From positions 1 to 64,000 of IMG/VR virus record IMGVR_UViG_3300010885_011343: a stretch of DNA of 64,000 bases. One strand, 5' to 3'. The translations under genes were made by a program, and so were the position numbers. This DNA is from a virus. Each line of letters opens with the position of its first letter. Within the stretch, counting starts at the first letter, position 1. Positions 1-10,415 of this stretch are shown one piece after another. The notes under the pieces were generated by a model. The model saw only the letters and a list, made by a program, of their open reading frames with translations, was not told the origin of the DNA and did no database searches.

Positions 1-221
1 ATTCTATCAATCATCCTAATGCTGGTGCTTGATCTATAAAAATCAAGAGTAGATTTGATGGCGGCAGTGTTGCCAATATTAGAAATATAGATAGAATTGA
101 TTTTATAAGATTTATTACTGCTAGCCGGATTAGAAACAAGCACCGTAGCGGCTGTACCTATGGTAGTACTGGTTGTTTTTCCGTAAACTGAAGTAATTGC
201 GACTAAATTTGGTGCTGCCAT
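1..221 (-). CDS. Small phage structural protein, partial (runs off the left edge)
   Basis: Not in the ORF track. ATG at 221 reads MAAPNLVAITSVYGKTTSTTIGTAATVLVSNPASSNKSYKINSIYISN... and stays open to the edge; TAAATA box upstream at 254-249. Confidence 0.7.
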   Translation of the reverse strand, partial: MAAPNLVAITSVYGKTTSTTIGTAATVLVSNPASSNKSYKINSIYISNIGNTAAIKSTLDFYRSSTSIRMIDR

Positions 222-248
222 CTGGGTATCCTAGCTCTCTTTATTGTG

Positions 249-254
249 TATTTA
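249..254 (-). promoter_or_regulatory. T4-type late promoter core (ATAAATA)
   Basis: CATAAATA on the minus strand, 27 nt upstream of the ATG at 221; the same box recurs before most structural genes. Confidence 0.6.
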
Positions 255-291
255 TGAGATTTAATATGTATGGATCCTGTCCCCAGGATTG

Positions 292-1161
292 TCATTTTCG
301 ACGTACTTTAACATAGCAACATTTTGGGATTCCTACTTGTCCGTGTTGTGTCATCATAGTCCAACTAAACGTATCGTTGCCTGTAAAACCAATTTTAGGC
401 ACGTAGACAATTGTCCTTCTATCTGTTGACAGTCTGGCATATCCGTTGTAGGGCTGTGTAAGTATAACCGGTTCTGAGTATAATCCATTGCTAACGTGTA
501 CGTCCAAGGTAACATTTGCTACTCCCGAGATTGTTCCGTTTTTAATCATTGATGTTCTAGCCAATACATTTGATTCAAAATATACAGCGCCGGCGTCACT
601 GGAAGATATTTGCCAAAATCCATTAAAAATATTTGGTTCGCAACCGTAAATTTGTACGTTACTGTTAGCATAAAAAGTTGCACCGGGTTTGTAATTTACT
701 TTGTATTTTCTACCCACCACTGTTCCGCCTTGAATTGGCCATTCTTCTAATAGGAACTCGGTGTATTCTTTGCGCTCCAGGGGTACTTGTATATTTTCTA
801 AAGGAACTTTTAATCCTCCCCACCAGTGCGATCCTTTGGTATCACAGATAAATTTTAAATTTCCTGAAATAGGTTCACTAAATTTCACTATTCGCCCAGT
901 GACATTGTATGCTTCAAACGATCTCGGAAAAAACGTAGGCTGCTGTCTTGGGGTATTGATCAGTCTAATCCCATCAATATAAACTTCCACCCATTCAGGC
1001 GCACTAGGATCCCAGGGCAACTCAATAACTGTTTCGCTATTGGCCACATAGGCAAATTCTAATGCGTCCCGTTCTCCCTCTGTGGTGTACCTAACTTTAG
1101 TATCAAGTCTAACATCAGGAATTACAGGAATAACTATTTCAAAATTTGGAACTCTTAACAT
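292..1161 (-). CDS. Virion structural protein with C-terminal Ig/cadherin-like (Big_9-type) domain
   Basis: 289 aa. C-terminus PYNGYARL...IVYVPKIGFTGNDTFSW fits the Big_9 pattern; start overlaps the stop of the upstream gene. Confidence 0.6.
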   Translation of the reverse strand: MLRVPNFEIVIPVIPDVRLDTKVRYTTEGERDALEFAYVANSETVIELPWDPSAPEWVEVYIDGIRLINTPRQQPTFFPRSFEAYNVTGRIVKFSEPISGNLKFICDTKGSHWWGGLKVPLENIQVPLERKEYTEFLLEEWPIQGGTVVGRKYKVNYKPGATFYANSNVQIYGCEPNIFNGFWQISSSDAGAVYFESNVLARTSMIKNGTISGVANVTLDVHVSNGLYSEPVILTQPYNGYARLSTDRRTIVYVPKIGFTGNDTFSWTMMTQHGQVGIPKCCYVKVRRK

Positions 1162-4100
1162 TAGCCGCCCCTAATTAACCAGGCCACAGGATATCTTCCC
1201 TTGGGCAATGTACAAACTAATCCAGTATCTAGTACTACGCGATATGTCCAGTAGTCTGTTCCATAAATTTTCATTGGATTAAATTCAGAGTATTTCTGGG
1301 CTGCTTCTACTGCGTCTTCCAGTGTAACAAATGCGCCATACAAATCGCTAATGTCCTGGTACCAGTCAATGCCCTGATCAATTTCTCCTGCGTATGCTTG
1401 CCCAAATGTCTCTCTACCAACACGAATAGGTTGACTCTTTGGTGCAGTAATCACGGCGTCTCCGCCTAATATCTGCAGGCCAAAGTTGCGTACTTCTGCG
1501 TCTACTAGCACATCTGGTTGTTCTCTAACGTAAAGACGTTGGTTATTTACAGCAGTATATTCTTGTGGTAATTCTCTGGTGTAGTCTCGTTGATTGTTTA
1601 CTTCCCCGTACTCATTTGACGACTCGCGCACATATCCGTATTGTGCCGTTAAATCTGTGCCTTGCGCTTCTGTTTTGAATTCTGAACGGCCAGTCATTGA
1701 ACGATCTCTATCCACAGCAAAGGTCAAGTAACCAGACACTATGTCATTCAATTGAATTATATCGTAAGTATCTTTTCCTACCATCTGTGTGCCTGTACCA
1801 AGAACTTTAAATTCTAGTGCCGGCGGAATTGGTAGGGAGACCACTGCGTCTAATTTCACAGAAGGCAGGTCTCCTACGCTAACAAATGATTGGTTTCTTT
1901 CATATATGGCAGTTTGGAATTGGATGTTGTCTGTGCCAAGTACCTTGTATTCTGTACTATCTGTATACACAGATTCGGCATCGGCCCGCAAATATTCCAT
2001 TGTAGATATTGCATATTGCTCGGCACCAATATTTACATAAACACCAGTTTCGGTTTTGTAGTTTAGTACAGTTTTTTCCGGGTCCATTGACTGGTCAAAT
2101 CTAAAATCACTGCGAGAAATACTTGGTATATACGGATCGCTGATTAGTTCTATACCAACAATTTTTGTTGGGTCGGATGGATCAATGCTGATGTAATGGT
2201 CTGCGCCCACGCCTGGTATCATTTCACCAAAAGCATACTGGTATGTAGTTAGCGTTGGCGATTTACCATTGAAAGAATATTTCTTATTAAGTTTCTCCGG
2301 TGGAATAAAACCAACTTGGTACTCCCCCGGGGTAGATATATCTTCTTTTGTTGTGTTGTAGCTATAGTGGTCCGTTACTACTTCTATACCAGTAACACCA
2401 AAGCCAAACGTATCAACGCCCGAAAGCGATGCAAAGATGCGTGGAACTTTTAATAAGTTATCGTTAAAACTATCGGGCGTTGGTGCAACAAAATTTATTA
2501 TTTTATTTTTATTAATATCTGATATTGCCGACATAACACTTAATATTCTATCTAAGTTGTTCTCAGACTTGTTTTGTTTAACACCTAGTAAATGTTCTTT
2601 ATTAGTATCTGTTTTTGCTGATATAACTTTAACCAGTTGTGCCTTGTTAAAAGCTGATTTGCTACTGTTGACATTGAGTATTCTAGTCACGTCAAGTTGA
2701 TTGGTACCAACCGCGCCAGAAAGAATTCTAATTTTATTAATCTTACCGCGACCGGCATTTACCGATATGAATCGCGAGCCAACAAGTCCTGCTTTTATAC
2801 TTGAGTACAGAGACCGTGCATTTTTGTTTAATTCTTCTTTTAGAGATTGACTGGCGATTCTAGGTTGATTTATTTGTTCTTTTAACCCACTTCTAGTTTT
2901 ACTGTAACGAGGTTGATTTATTTCTTCCTTGGCCGGTCTCTTATATGGTTTAATAATATTTGGTCTATTGAAACTTAATTTCACTTCGCCATCTTTACCA
3001 ACTAACTGTAAAGTTTTAGCGTCGCGATCAAACTCTATTGTTGGGGCAAAATCTTTTCTATCAACGGATTTATCAAATTGCACTGGCACATAACTTACAA
3101 AAGTTGTGTTCTTTAATTTTTCAGGATCTCTACCATCTTCTGGAACGTGTTGTTTGTTTGTGTCCAACTCCATTGAAAAATTATAAGATATAATATCTGT
3201 TTCTTTTACAAATTGGTTATCGGGTGCAAAATCTTTTCTGTCATTGGCTTTGTCAAGTTTGGATGTAACTGCGCCAACCGTATTGATAAACGGACTAGGA
3301 TCAAATGTTAAGTTATAGGAGTCCGACATATATGTATCAACATTAAATTCCAAGGTTGCGTTGTCGTCGGTTATTATTGGATTTCCTACTGCTATCTCCT
3401 GTGTTGCTGTGAATACTTTTCTATCTGTAGAAACATCTTTGCTTACATTACTATTGGATACATCAAATAATGTATTTTTTTCTAATAGCACATCGTAGAC
3501 GTCTGTACCAACAATGTCGTTAAGATTTTTATCTAGCTCCAGCACCGAAGCTCGAGCGTTTATATACCCATCTAAATTTAAGTCCTGTGTCGCAACAAAA
3601 ACTTTTCTGTCAGCTCTTTTTTCAATTATAAGAGAAGAAACTTTACCTATCAGCAACTCATTGAACTCAATTTGATTGGTTAATCCGGCAACCAGTCTCC
3701 CTTGAGTTTCTTCAATTTCTTCGTCGTTTTTAGACCAAGCTATTGTATCAACATATTCAAGTGTTTCTTTAGAAACAAACTGTTTTCTATCAGCCGTTCT
3801 ACTTACTTCCCAGGCCGATGTTACTGTGGCCATTACGTATTCGCTACTATCTGGATTTGGTACATCAAAGCTAGTAACAGAGTCGGGTTGTATTGGGTTC
3901 AAGGTTTCAGAAGAAACTGTCCAATGTTGGATCTTCCAACGGCCAATTTCAATATCAATGAATCCCTCGTCCCCGTCTTCTATGTGTTGTGTTAATACTA
4001 CTGGGCCATCATAATATGTTATAACGTTTCTAGCAATAGCCAATGTATTTTGTTGTGTTCTGTCGGGTATTCCCAGAGCATAATTGCCGGTGATTAGTGT

Positions 4101-6536
4101 AGCAGCCGAAATATTGGCTGTTTGGTTGGTAATTACATTTCCGTTAATTACAAGATAACTATCGCCGCCAGATATTGTTACATTTGCAGTTGAATAAATT
4201 GTTGGCATACCCATCGGAATGACATTGGCTGTTTGGTATTGAATTTCAGGAGTTAGTGTAATATTTTTGTAAGTGGCGGTACCACCAACGATAGTCGCTG
4301 TGCCTTCAACCAACCTATCAATTGCTCTAGTGTAAGGACGCACCAGTGTACCAAAGTTTATATAGTTTAGCACACCTAGCAATTTATTTTTTACAATAAA
4401 TTCGTAATTACGAGGTCCCACTAGGTAAACAATTCTTTCATCAAATCTCTTTGGACTTGATTTAAAGGCAATTCTTATGTTGTCACCTATACCAAATTGT
4501 TGATAGTAATTTCCAGACACCACAGTGTTATTTCTTTTAACTACAACATCATAATAATTCGGAATGACGAAATCATACAAGCTAGGAATAGACATATTTG
4601 GCACAACAATTTCAATTGTCTTGTTTGGGTCTATATCATTTAATGTATAAACAATTGGGTTAATGTCCCCTGGATTAATTGTAATCGGTATGGCAAACTG
4701 TCTTTGTCCAATGGTTAGTATAGGTGCGCTAGAAGTTTCATACTGGTCTGTATGTCCAGTTGGTATTTCTACTTTAATAACATCGCCTGCAACAACCAGA
4801 ACTTGTCCTGTATAAATTTCATTATTGACACGAAGTACTCCGTACTCTAAGCTAACCAAGCAAGGCTGTGTTTTTGAAGATAATGTTAACTCGGTGATGT
4901 ATATTCCACCAGGAGGTGGTTTACCAATTGGAATTGATATACTTCTAGGAAAATATGTTTGTGCCACTGCGGTAACTGTGTATGTATACGCAGATTCTCC
5001 TAATACAAAGCTAACGGTTATTGCACCAACTTCTTGTGCGGCAACACTAATTACAATATCATCCTTGTTGAGTAGCAATGCGCCAGCGTCTCTCCAACTT
5101 TGGGTTCTAAAACCATTAGCCCATATGTATGCATTCTCTGAAGTGAATGCAGGAATAGGATTACTGGCAATAGTTTTTAAAGAAACAATGTTACTTGAAA
5201 TATGTGACGGTGGACCAGTGCGTGTTTCAAATGCTGGGTCAATTACTTTGTAAACAGCGTTTTCATCTAAGATATTAAAATCTTTAAGGAAATGGCTGGC
5301 AATGATAGTGTCATCTAATACGCTAACCCAGGTAACTTTATCAGGAAAAACAATTTCTTCAAGTAATACCATTGACGTATTATAAACTTTAACTCGTTCG
5401 CTGTCATTACCACATACATAAAGTTTATTGTTATATACTTTTGTATAACTAGGACTAAAATTTACAGTACGTATCGGTGCTTCAAAAGCATTGGTAACCG
5501 GATTGTAAACCAATATCCAGCCTTGTTCCCCTTCGGGAATATAAATTTTGCCGTTGAAGTTTGCCGGTTGTCCTAGAGCAATACCTTGGTATATTTCTGT
5601 AAAGTTGCCGCTGGTATCCATCAATATAATTTTTTGGCTTTGAGTAGTTAGTAATGCGCCCGACGCACCGGGCAACCAGGCAATACCAAATGTGTATTCA
5701 TCGTAATTAAAACTGGAAATTATTTCAAATCGATTGCTGGGATTTATGATCCAGCAAGTGCCGTTACCACCAGCATACAAGTATGTGCCATCGTAGGTTA
5801 TGCAACTAGCCGGTGGTATTACTCTACGGCTTCTTGCTCTGCGTAGATATGTTACAATATCTTCCCCAGGTATACGTGTTATGTAGGTTAAGTCGCCGGC
5901 AAACTCACTGTAATTACGCAATGCAATAAATGGAGGAAGACCAAAGCTACTACTGTTTAATAATATTTCGCTGGCTTCTCCGCTGGTAGTTAAAACAATT
6001 ACACTGTCTCTGTCAGGAATCCTAACATAATCAATTGGTGCGCCTAAAAAATACGATCTTGTGTACTCTACTGCATATTTGTTAAAGAAATAAACTGATG
6101 TAGTATTTGGATCCATCACCACGTGTTGTTCTGGTTGCGTAATTGCACCAGACAAATCGTAGGGATTCAACGGAGTGATATTTCCACTGGCATCTCTGAA
6201 ACTAAAAGTATGCTTGTCTGGGAAATAAGAGAACCATCTCTTTTTGGCTTCGAGTGGTTTTACGTGAATTGTATAATTGCCAACTGTGGCAATGGCAAAA
6301 CTTTGTTTTATGCCATCAATCTTATAATAGAAAAAGGTGTGCGAAAGGTACTGAGGCGGTGCAACCACTGTTGCCTCAACTGTTGCACCTGCAGGTACTG
6401 AGATTAGACCGCTAGCAGACGAACCGTTTACTTTAATAGAAAAACTGGTTATGGCCTCTAGTACCATACCAGTTCGAGCTGTAAAACTAGTGGTGTGCTG
6501 GTCTAGAGGTGTTGCTCTCGATATTGAAGGGAACAT
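1161..6536 (-). CDS. Large virion protein: N-terminal beta-propeller-like region, Ig-like middle, periodic-repeat C-terminal half
   Basis: 1791 aa with RBS GAGGTGG. Propeller-like blades (YDGTYLYAGG, FNGKIYIP, YNNKLYVCG); DRKxF motif every ~61 aa; 15-aa repeats. Confidence 0.6.
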   Translation of the reverse strand: MFPSISRATPLDQHTTSFTARTGMVLEAITSFSIKVNGSSASGLISVPAGATVEATVVAPPQYLSHTFFYYKIDGIKQSFAIATVGNYTIHVKPLEAKKRWFSYFPDKHTFSFRDASGNITPLNPYDLSGAITQPEQHVVMDPNTTSVYFFNKYAVEYTRSYFLGAPIDYVRIPDRDSVIVLTTSGEASEILLNSSSFGLPPFIALRNYSEFAGDLTYITRIPGEDIVTYLRRARSRRVIPPASCITYDGTYLYAGGNGTCWIINPSNRFEIISSFNYDEYTFGIAWLPGASGALLTTQSQKIILMDTSGNFTEIYQGIALGQPANFNGKIYIPEGEQGWILVYNPVTNAFEAPIRTVNFSPSYTKVYNNKLYVCGNDSERVKVYNTSMVLLEEIVFPDKVTWVSVLDDTIIASHFLKDFNILDENAVYKVIDPAFETRTGPPSHISSNIVSLKTIASNPIPAFTSENAYIWANGFRTQSWRDAGALLLNKDDIVISVAAQEVGAITVSFVLGESAYTYTVTAVAQTYFPRSISIPIGKPPPGGIYITELTLSSKTQPCLVSLEYGVLRVNNEIYTGQVLVVAGDVIKVEIPTGHTDQYETSSAPILTIGQRQFAIPITINPGDINPIVYTLNDIDPNKTIEIVVPNMSIPSLYDFVIPNYYDVVVKRNNTVVSGNYYQQFGIGDNIRIAFKSSPKRFDERIVYLVGPRNYEFIVKNKLLGVLNYINFGTLVRPYTRAIDRLVEGTATIVGGTATYKNITLTPEIQYQTANVIPMGMPTIYSTANVTISGGDSYLVINGNVITNQTANISAATLITGNYALGIPDRTQQNTLAIARNVITYYDGPVVLTQHIEDGDEGFIDIEIGRWKIQHWTVSSETLNPIQPDSVTSFDVPNPDSSEYVMATVTSAWEVSRTADRKQFVSKETLEYVDTIAWSKNDEEIEETQGRLVAGLTNQIEFNELLIGKVSSLIIEKRADRKVFVATQDLNLDGYINARASVLELDKNLNDIVGTDVYDVLLEKNTLFDVSNSNVSKDVSTDRKVFTATQEIAVGNPIITDDNATLEFNVDTYMSDSYNLTFDPSPFINTVGAVTSKLDKANDRKDFAPDNQFVKETDIISYNFSMELDTNKQHVPEDGRDPEKLKNTTFVSYVPVQFDKSVDRKDFAPTIEFDRDAKTLQLVGKDGEVKLSFNRPNIIKPYKRPAKEEINQPRYSKTRSGLKEQINQPRIASQSLKEELNKNARSLYSSIKAGLVGSRFISVNAGRGKINKIRILSGAVGTNQLDVTRILNVNSSKSAFNKAQLVKVISAKTDTNKEHLLGVKQNKSENNLDRILSVMSAISDINKNKIINFVAPTPDSFNDNLLKVPRIFASLSGVDTFGFGVTGIEVVTDHYSYNTTKEDISTPGEYQVGFIPPEKLNKKYSFNGKSPTLTTYQYAFGEMIPGVGADHYISIDPSDPTKIVGIELISDPYIPSISRSDFRFDQSMDPEKTVLNYKTETGVYVNIGAEQYAISTMEYLRADAESVYTDSTEYKVLGTDNIQFQTAIYERNQSFVSVGDLPSVKLDAVVSLPIPPALEFKVLGTGTQMVGKDTYDIIQLNDIVSGYLTFAVDRDRSMTGRSEFKTEAQGTDLTAQYGYVRESSNEYGEVNNQRDYTRELPQEYTAVNNQRLYVREQPDVLVDAEVRNFGLQILGGDAVITAPKSQPIRVGRETFGQAYAGEIDQGIDWYQDISDLYGAFVTLEDAVEAAQKYSEFNPMKIYGTDYWTYRVVLDTGLVCTLPKGRYPVAWLIRGG

Positions 6537-6599
6537 TTACCACCTCTTACTCTTTGTTGCTGCCAGTGTCTCCTTAGTAGCGACCTGTTCCGACATTAG

Positions 6600-7988
6600 T
6601 TAAACTAGAGCCGGCGGAGGATTAGGATTTGTATTTTCTGCTATCACCATAATACGCATCTTAGTACCAAAGCTACCGTGTGCCCACATCGCGTGATATC
6701 TACGAGGAGTTAATTTTGCTTGGCCGTATGCATCTATAACTTTTTCACCATATACATTTACAGTAATATCAGCACCGCCGCCAACTACGTCAGCACTTAC
6801 TGTGCCTACCATATCTAATTCGTCTGCATACTTGAATCGACTGGTATTTAAGTTATTTAAAAATGTAATAACGTACTCGCCGTTTTCTGTTAAACTTTGT
6901 TGTTGATATGGGTTAATAACTGCTCCGCTATCGTCAGAGTTTAATGTAGCATCTTTACGTGCGCTAGGAACACCTAGATCGTGCTCACGTACAACAAACT
7001 TGTAGAAAGCATTATTTGTACTGTTCACACAGAACAATGGGCGATTTCCTGGAACGGCATTGTTGATAGGAGTTGTTAATCCGCGAACTATGCCAGTCTT
7101 TTTGTCCACTGGGCGTTGTGCTAATAACCAGCTATAGTTCTTTCCGGATTCCTCAGGATCCGGGCCCCATACTGAAAGAAACAGTCCGTGATCGGTACAG
7201 GTAATACGATAGCTCATTGGTACAGAATATTGTGTGTCAATGTTTTGTCCCAGGTAAACAGTTTTAGGACCAGCAACAGCCCAACGATTAACAAATAGCT
7301 GTCCTGGATCTGTGACGTTTGGGCCGTCCCAGGTTTGTGGGCTTGTATAAAAAGCTGGTTTACCTGTATAAGGTGTTGGCTTGTTGTATCTGGTTGCTTC
7401 TTCTGTTATGTCAAAGGTATTAGTCCAACGAGCGCCAGTGTTACCAGGGGGCTCTACAAAATCTACACCCTTGTATGATGGCCACTGATACGATGAGAAG
7501 TCAACTTTTCCCGGATCGAATGCGGCGTGGTTATAGTAGTACTGCGGTGTTTGGACTGAAGATTGATTCCAGGCAGTAACCGGGTTGTTGTCGTTATCCA
7601 ACGCCAATGTAGATGCAGTACCTAAATAAACAGCCATACCAAAAATGTCTTTCTGATCTGGCTTTTCCACTGGGTTTGGCGAAGCACCCACTTTTACCAG
7701 TGCGGTTCTATCTTTCCAGTTATTAAGCTGGAAAGCAATGCGCCAAGGATCAGTTGCATTAAACGGATCAATGTTCAATGTGCTTTCCAGGATAACTAGA
7801 TAAGGCTGAGTCACGTCAAATGGTGTAGCCAAGTCCAATGTCGTTGGTGATATTACATTAAAATAAGACTTAGCCGGGCCAGATTCTGGTGATGCATTTG
7901 CCCCTGTTAAATCTTGAACTATAGATCTAAGAAGAACGTGTACGTTAATCTGACCTTCGCCTGAGTATGTTGTTACTGTGTTAGCCAT
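6600..7988 (-). CDS. Virion structural protein, paralogue of 8004-10346
   Basis: 462 aa with RBS AAGGA. Shares QRPVD, VVRE, QQxxLTE and ELDMxGTxSADVV motifs with its neighbour. Confidence 0.65.
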   Translation of the reverse strand: MANTVTTYSGEGQINVHVLLRSIVQDLTGANASPESGPAKSYFNVISPTTLDLATPFDVTQPYLVILESTLNIDPFNATDPWRIAFQLNNWKDRTALVKVGASPNPVEKPDQKDIFGMAVYLGTASTLALDNDNNPVTAWNQSSVQTPQYYYNHAAFDPGKVDFSSYQWPSYKGVDFVEPPGNTGARWTNTFDITEEATRYNKPTPYTGKPAFYTSPQTWDGPNVTDPGQLFVNRWAVAGPKTVYLGQNIDTQYSVPMSYRITCTDHGLFLSVWGPDPEESGKNYSWLLAQRPVDKKTGIVRGLTTPINNAVPGNRPLFCVNSTNNAFYKFVVREHDLGVPSARKDATLNSDDSGAVINPYQQQSLTENGEYVITFLNNLNTSRFKYADELDMVGTVSADVVGGGADITVNVYGEKVIDAYGQAKLTPRRYHAMWAHGSFGTKMRIMVIAENTNPNPPPALV

Positions 7989-8003
7989 TGCTATTCCTTA
8001 ATA

Positions 8004-10346
8004 TTAAATGCCTGTGTATGTAATTGTTACGCTGACTGTTTCGCTGGTGCCATCAAGAGTCAACGTTAAAGTCTTGCTTGGGCCAACAGTTGGATCTGCA
8101 GTAATATTGAACAGTGCAAAATCAGTGTTTGTGTTAACTGTGAAGTTACCAGTTAAACTTGCTCCGCTGATATCGGCCGATGTCACTCCTGTAATAGTAT
8201 AAGGAACAGATGTACCATTGCTTACATTAGTTGTTGTTAATGTAATAGTCAATGCATTACCTTGCTCTATTGGATCTGGAGCACCTGTTACTGCGCGAGT
8301 GGGCGTTCCGCCGCCACCGCCGCCACCGCCATAAGTTTGACCTGGAACGTAGGTATAGAAGAAGTCTTTATCTGCGTATCCTAAATCTTCAGCATTTTTA
8401 GCTCTGAGTGTAAATTTAATAACTGTTGGCTCTGAGTAATCCATAGTGGCAACTGTACCTTGGATTTGGCCGCCGGATGTAACTTCCAGTCCTTTTGGTA
8501 AGCTACCACGGGCTAATGTGTATACTGGGTCTAGCTTATAAGCTATACCGTCTGGTTGTGCTTGTACACCAAATGTAACTGGCTGTCCGTCGATTACATA
8601 ACCCAAGTCGCCATTGCCGCCACTGGAGTTGTCAATCCATTTAGGACCAGCCGGTGCCCACATAACAGCCAAACGCAATCCTGTGTTCAATGCACCGCTT
8701 GGAGGCAACGCACGATAACTACGTGGTCCCCATTCGCCGTATGTTTGGAATTGAATGTCTTGTCCGCTCATTACAACGTCGGCGCTAGTTGTACCAATCA
8801 TATCCAACTCTTCTGTGTAACGGAAACGTGGTGTTGTTAAGTTGTGAGGGAAACTTAACAAGTATGTTTTATCTTCTGTCAGGGCCACTTGCTGATTGCT
8901 ATTAAAAATAGCGTGGTTGTCGGGGCTGTGTGCATCAGCCAAAACACGGAAGGCTGCTAATCCTGGTGGGCTATAAGTCCAATCTATACCAATGTTGCCA
9001 GCTGGTGTTGTTCTAAAGGGCTTGGTTGATATTTGTATAGTGTTACTACTAATTACATTACTAACCAATCCAATTAAATTACCGTTGGCTTCGTATATAG
9101 TACTACCAACAGATAGTTCTTTTGTGAATATCGGCTCCACGGCGTCGCTGTCTGTGACGCCAGTAAGGTTCCAAGGTCCTTTGTTTGTAACTGTATTAGC
9201 AGAAATGTTACCACCAATATTGGAAACAAGAATAATGTTTCCAGATCCGGGCAATGGTGCCGGGCCGCTGGTTGGGTGAAGAATATCACTTTCTCTAACC
9301 ACAGACTTATAATACTTGTAGTTGACTCCGTTGACGTGGAACACTGGAGACTTGCCATATGGCAATATAGTTCCGTTTTCGTCTTGAGTGAAACCCAAGA
9401 TACGACCAGTATTACGATCAACTGGTCGTTGAATCATTACCCAGTTAAAATAGTTACTGTTTGAAGTGGTCGCGGCACGTGTGGTCGACCAAGTACCTTC
9501 CCAAATACCCAAGAAGAAACCTCTATTGGTAATGCTTATCAAGTAAGTTAATGGAAATGTCTCTGGGTTTGGTCCAACACGCAACTTACGATTGTAAAAT
9601 CCCTGATTCAAATTCTCTGAGCTAAAAATACCACCAGGTTGTGCGGCACCAATACTGCCCACGTTGTCAATGACTGTACCTGTATCATCAGTGATTGTGC
9701 TAACCTTAACTTGTCCCAATGCCTCGTCATACTTCATCTGCAACGATGTTGCAGCAGATCCTTTGGCTTTTTGATCTTCAATTACTTCAAAGCTCACTAA
9801 CCAAGGTTGACGATCAGCTGGTGCCAATGTTCCATCATTCAACGGATCTATCAGTGGACCGGCTTCTAGTGCAAAGGCAAAACGTGATGGGCTAGCATCT
9901 TTGCTCAATGTACATTGTACGCCCGAAGGTGTTGCTGTGGTTGCTGTTGTTGATAACTCAATGGTACCTGTGGGTTCTACTGTCCAAACTGGATAGTAGT
10001 AATCGCAATAAAGATCACTCATTCTGATTACGTTGCCAGCAGAGTTGACTTCGGTGACTACAAAATAAGGTGCAGGTCTACTAACACCGTTGTATAACGG
10101 TCTTGTTCCATCGGTCACATATAGTTTTCGTCCAACTGTGTGCCCTGTACTAGAAGTCACAACAGTGGCCTTCCAGGCCTTTAACTTGCCAGTGACTGGA
10201 ATACCAAGACTTACACCATTGGTAATTGGTATAAAACCATTGGCTGTTAAGTCGGCGTAAATATCAACGAACGCGGCGGCTATAGTAGTATATCCTGTTC
10301 GTTCTACTGAAAAAAAGTGCTGTGGCGTATTTAAATTAAATGCCAT
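8004..10346 (-). CDS. Virion structural protein with inserted module and C-terminal Ig-like domains
   Basis: 780 aa with RBS AAGGAG. Core paralogous to 6600-7988; putative-Ig signature GSLPKGLEVTSGGQIQG; poly-Gly linker; terminal Thr-rich beta domain. Confidence 0.65.
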   Translation of the reverse strand: MAFNLNTPQHFFSVERTGYTTIAAAFVDIYADLTANGFIPITNGVSLGIPVTGKLKAWKATVVTSSTGHTVGRKLYVTDGTRPLYNGVSRPAPYFVVTEVNSAGNVIRMSDLYCDYYYPVWTVEPTGTIELSTTATTATPSGVQCTLSKDASPSRFAFALEAGPLIDPLNDGTLAPADRQPWLVSFEVIEDQKAKGSAATSLQMKYDEALGQVKVSTITDDTGTVIDNVGSIGAAQPGGIFSSENLNQGFYNRKLRVGPNPETFPLTYLISITNRGFFLGIWEGTWSTTRAATTSNSNYFNWVMIQRPVDRNTGRILGFTQDENGTILPYGKSPVFHVNGVNYKYYKSVVRESDILHPTSGPAPLPGSGNIILVSNIGGNISANTVTNKGPWNLTGVTDSDAVEPIFTKELSVGSTIYEANGNLIGLVSNVISSNTIQISTKPFRTTPAGNIGIDWTYSPPGLAAFRVLADAHSPDNHAIFNSNQQVALTEDKTYLLSFPHNLTTPRFRYTEELDMIGTTSADVVMSGQDIQFQTYGEWGPRSYRALPPSGALNTGLRLAVMWAPAGPKWIDNSSGGNGDLGYVIDGQPVTFGVQAQPDGIAYKLDPVYTLARGSLPKGLEVTSGGQIQGTVATMDYSEPTVIKFTLRAKNAEDLGYADKDFFYTYVPGQTYGGGGGGGGTPTRAVTGAPDPIEQGNALTITLTTTNVSNGTSVPYTITGVTSADISGASLTGNFTVNTNTDFALFNITADPTVGPSKTLTLTLDGTSETVSVTITYTGI

Positions 10347-10415
10347 TGTGTAATCTCCTTGCCTGCAGGCTTATGTTCTATCATCATAAAGTTATTTATC
10401 AGTTTCAAATATTGT

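Noticed and set aside
6537-6596. 19-codon mini-ORF (MSEQVATKETLAATKSKRW) filling the gap before the 1791-aa gene
   Set aside because: Too short to support, and the downstream gene has its own RBS; a translational-coupling role cannot be excluded.
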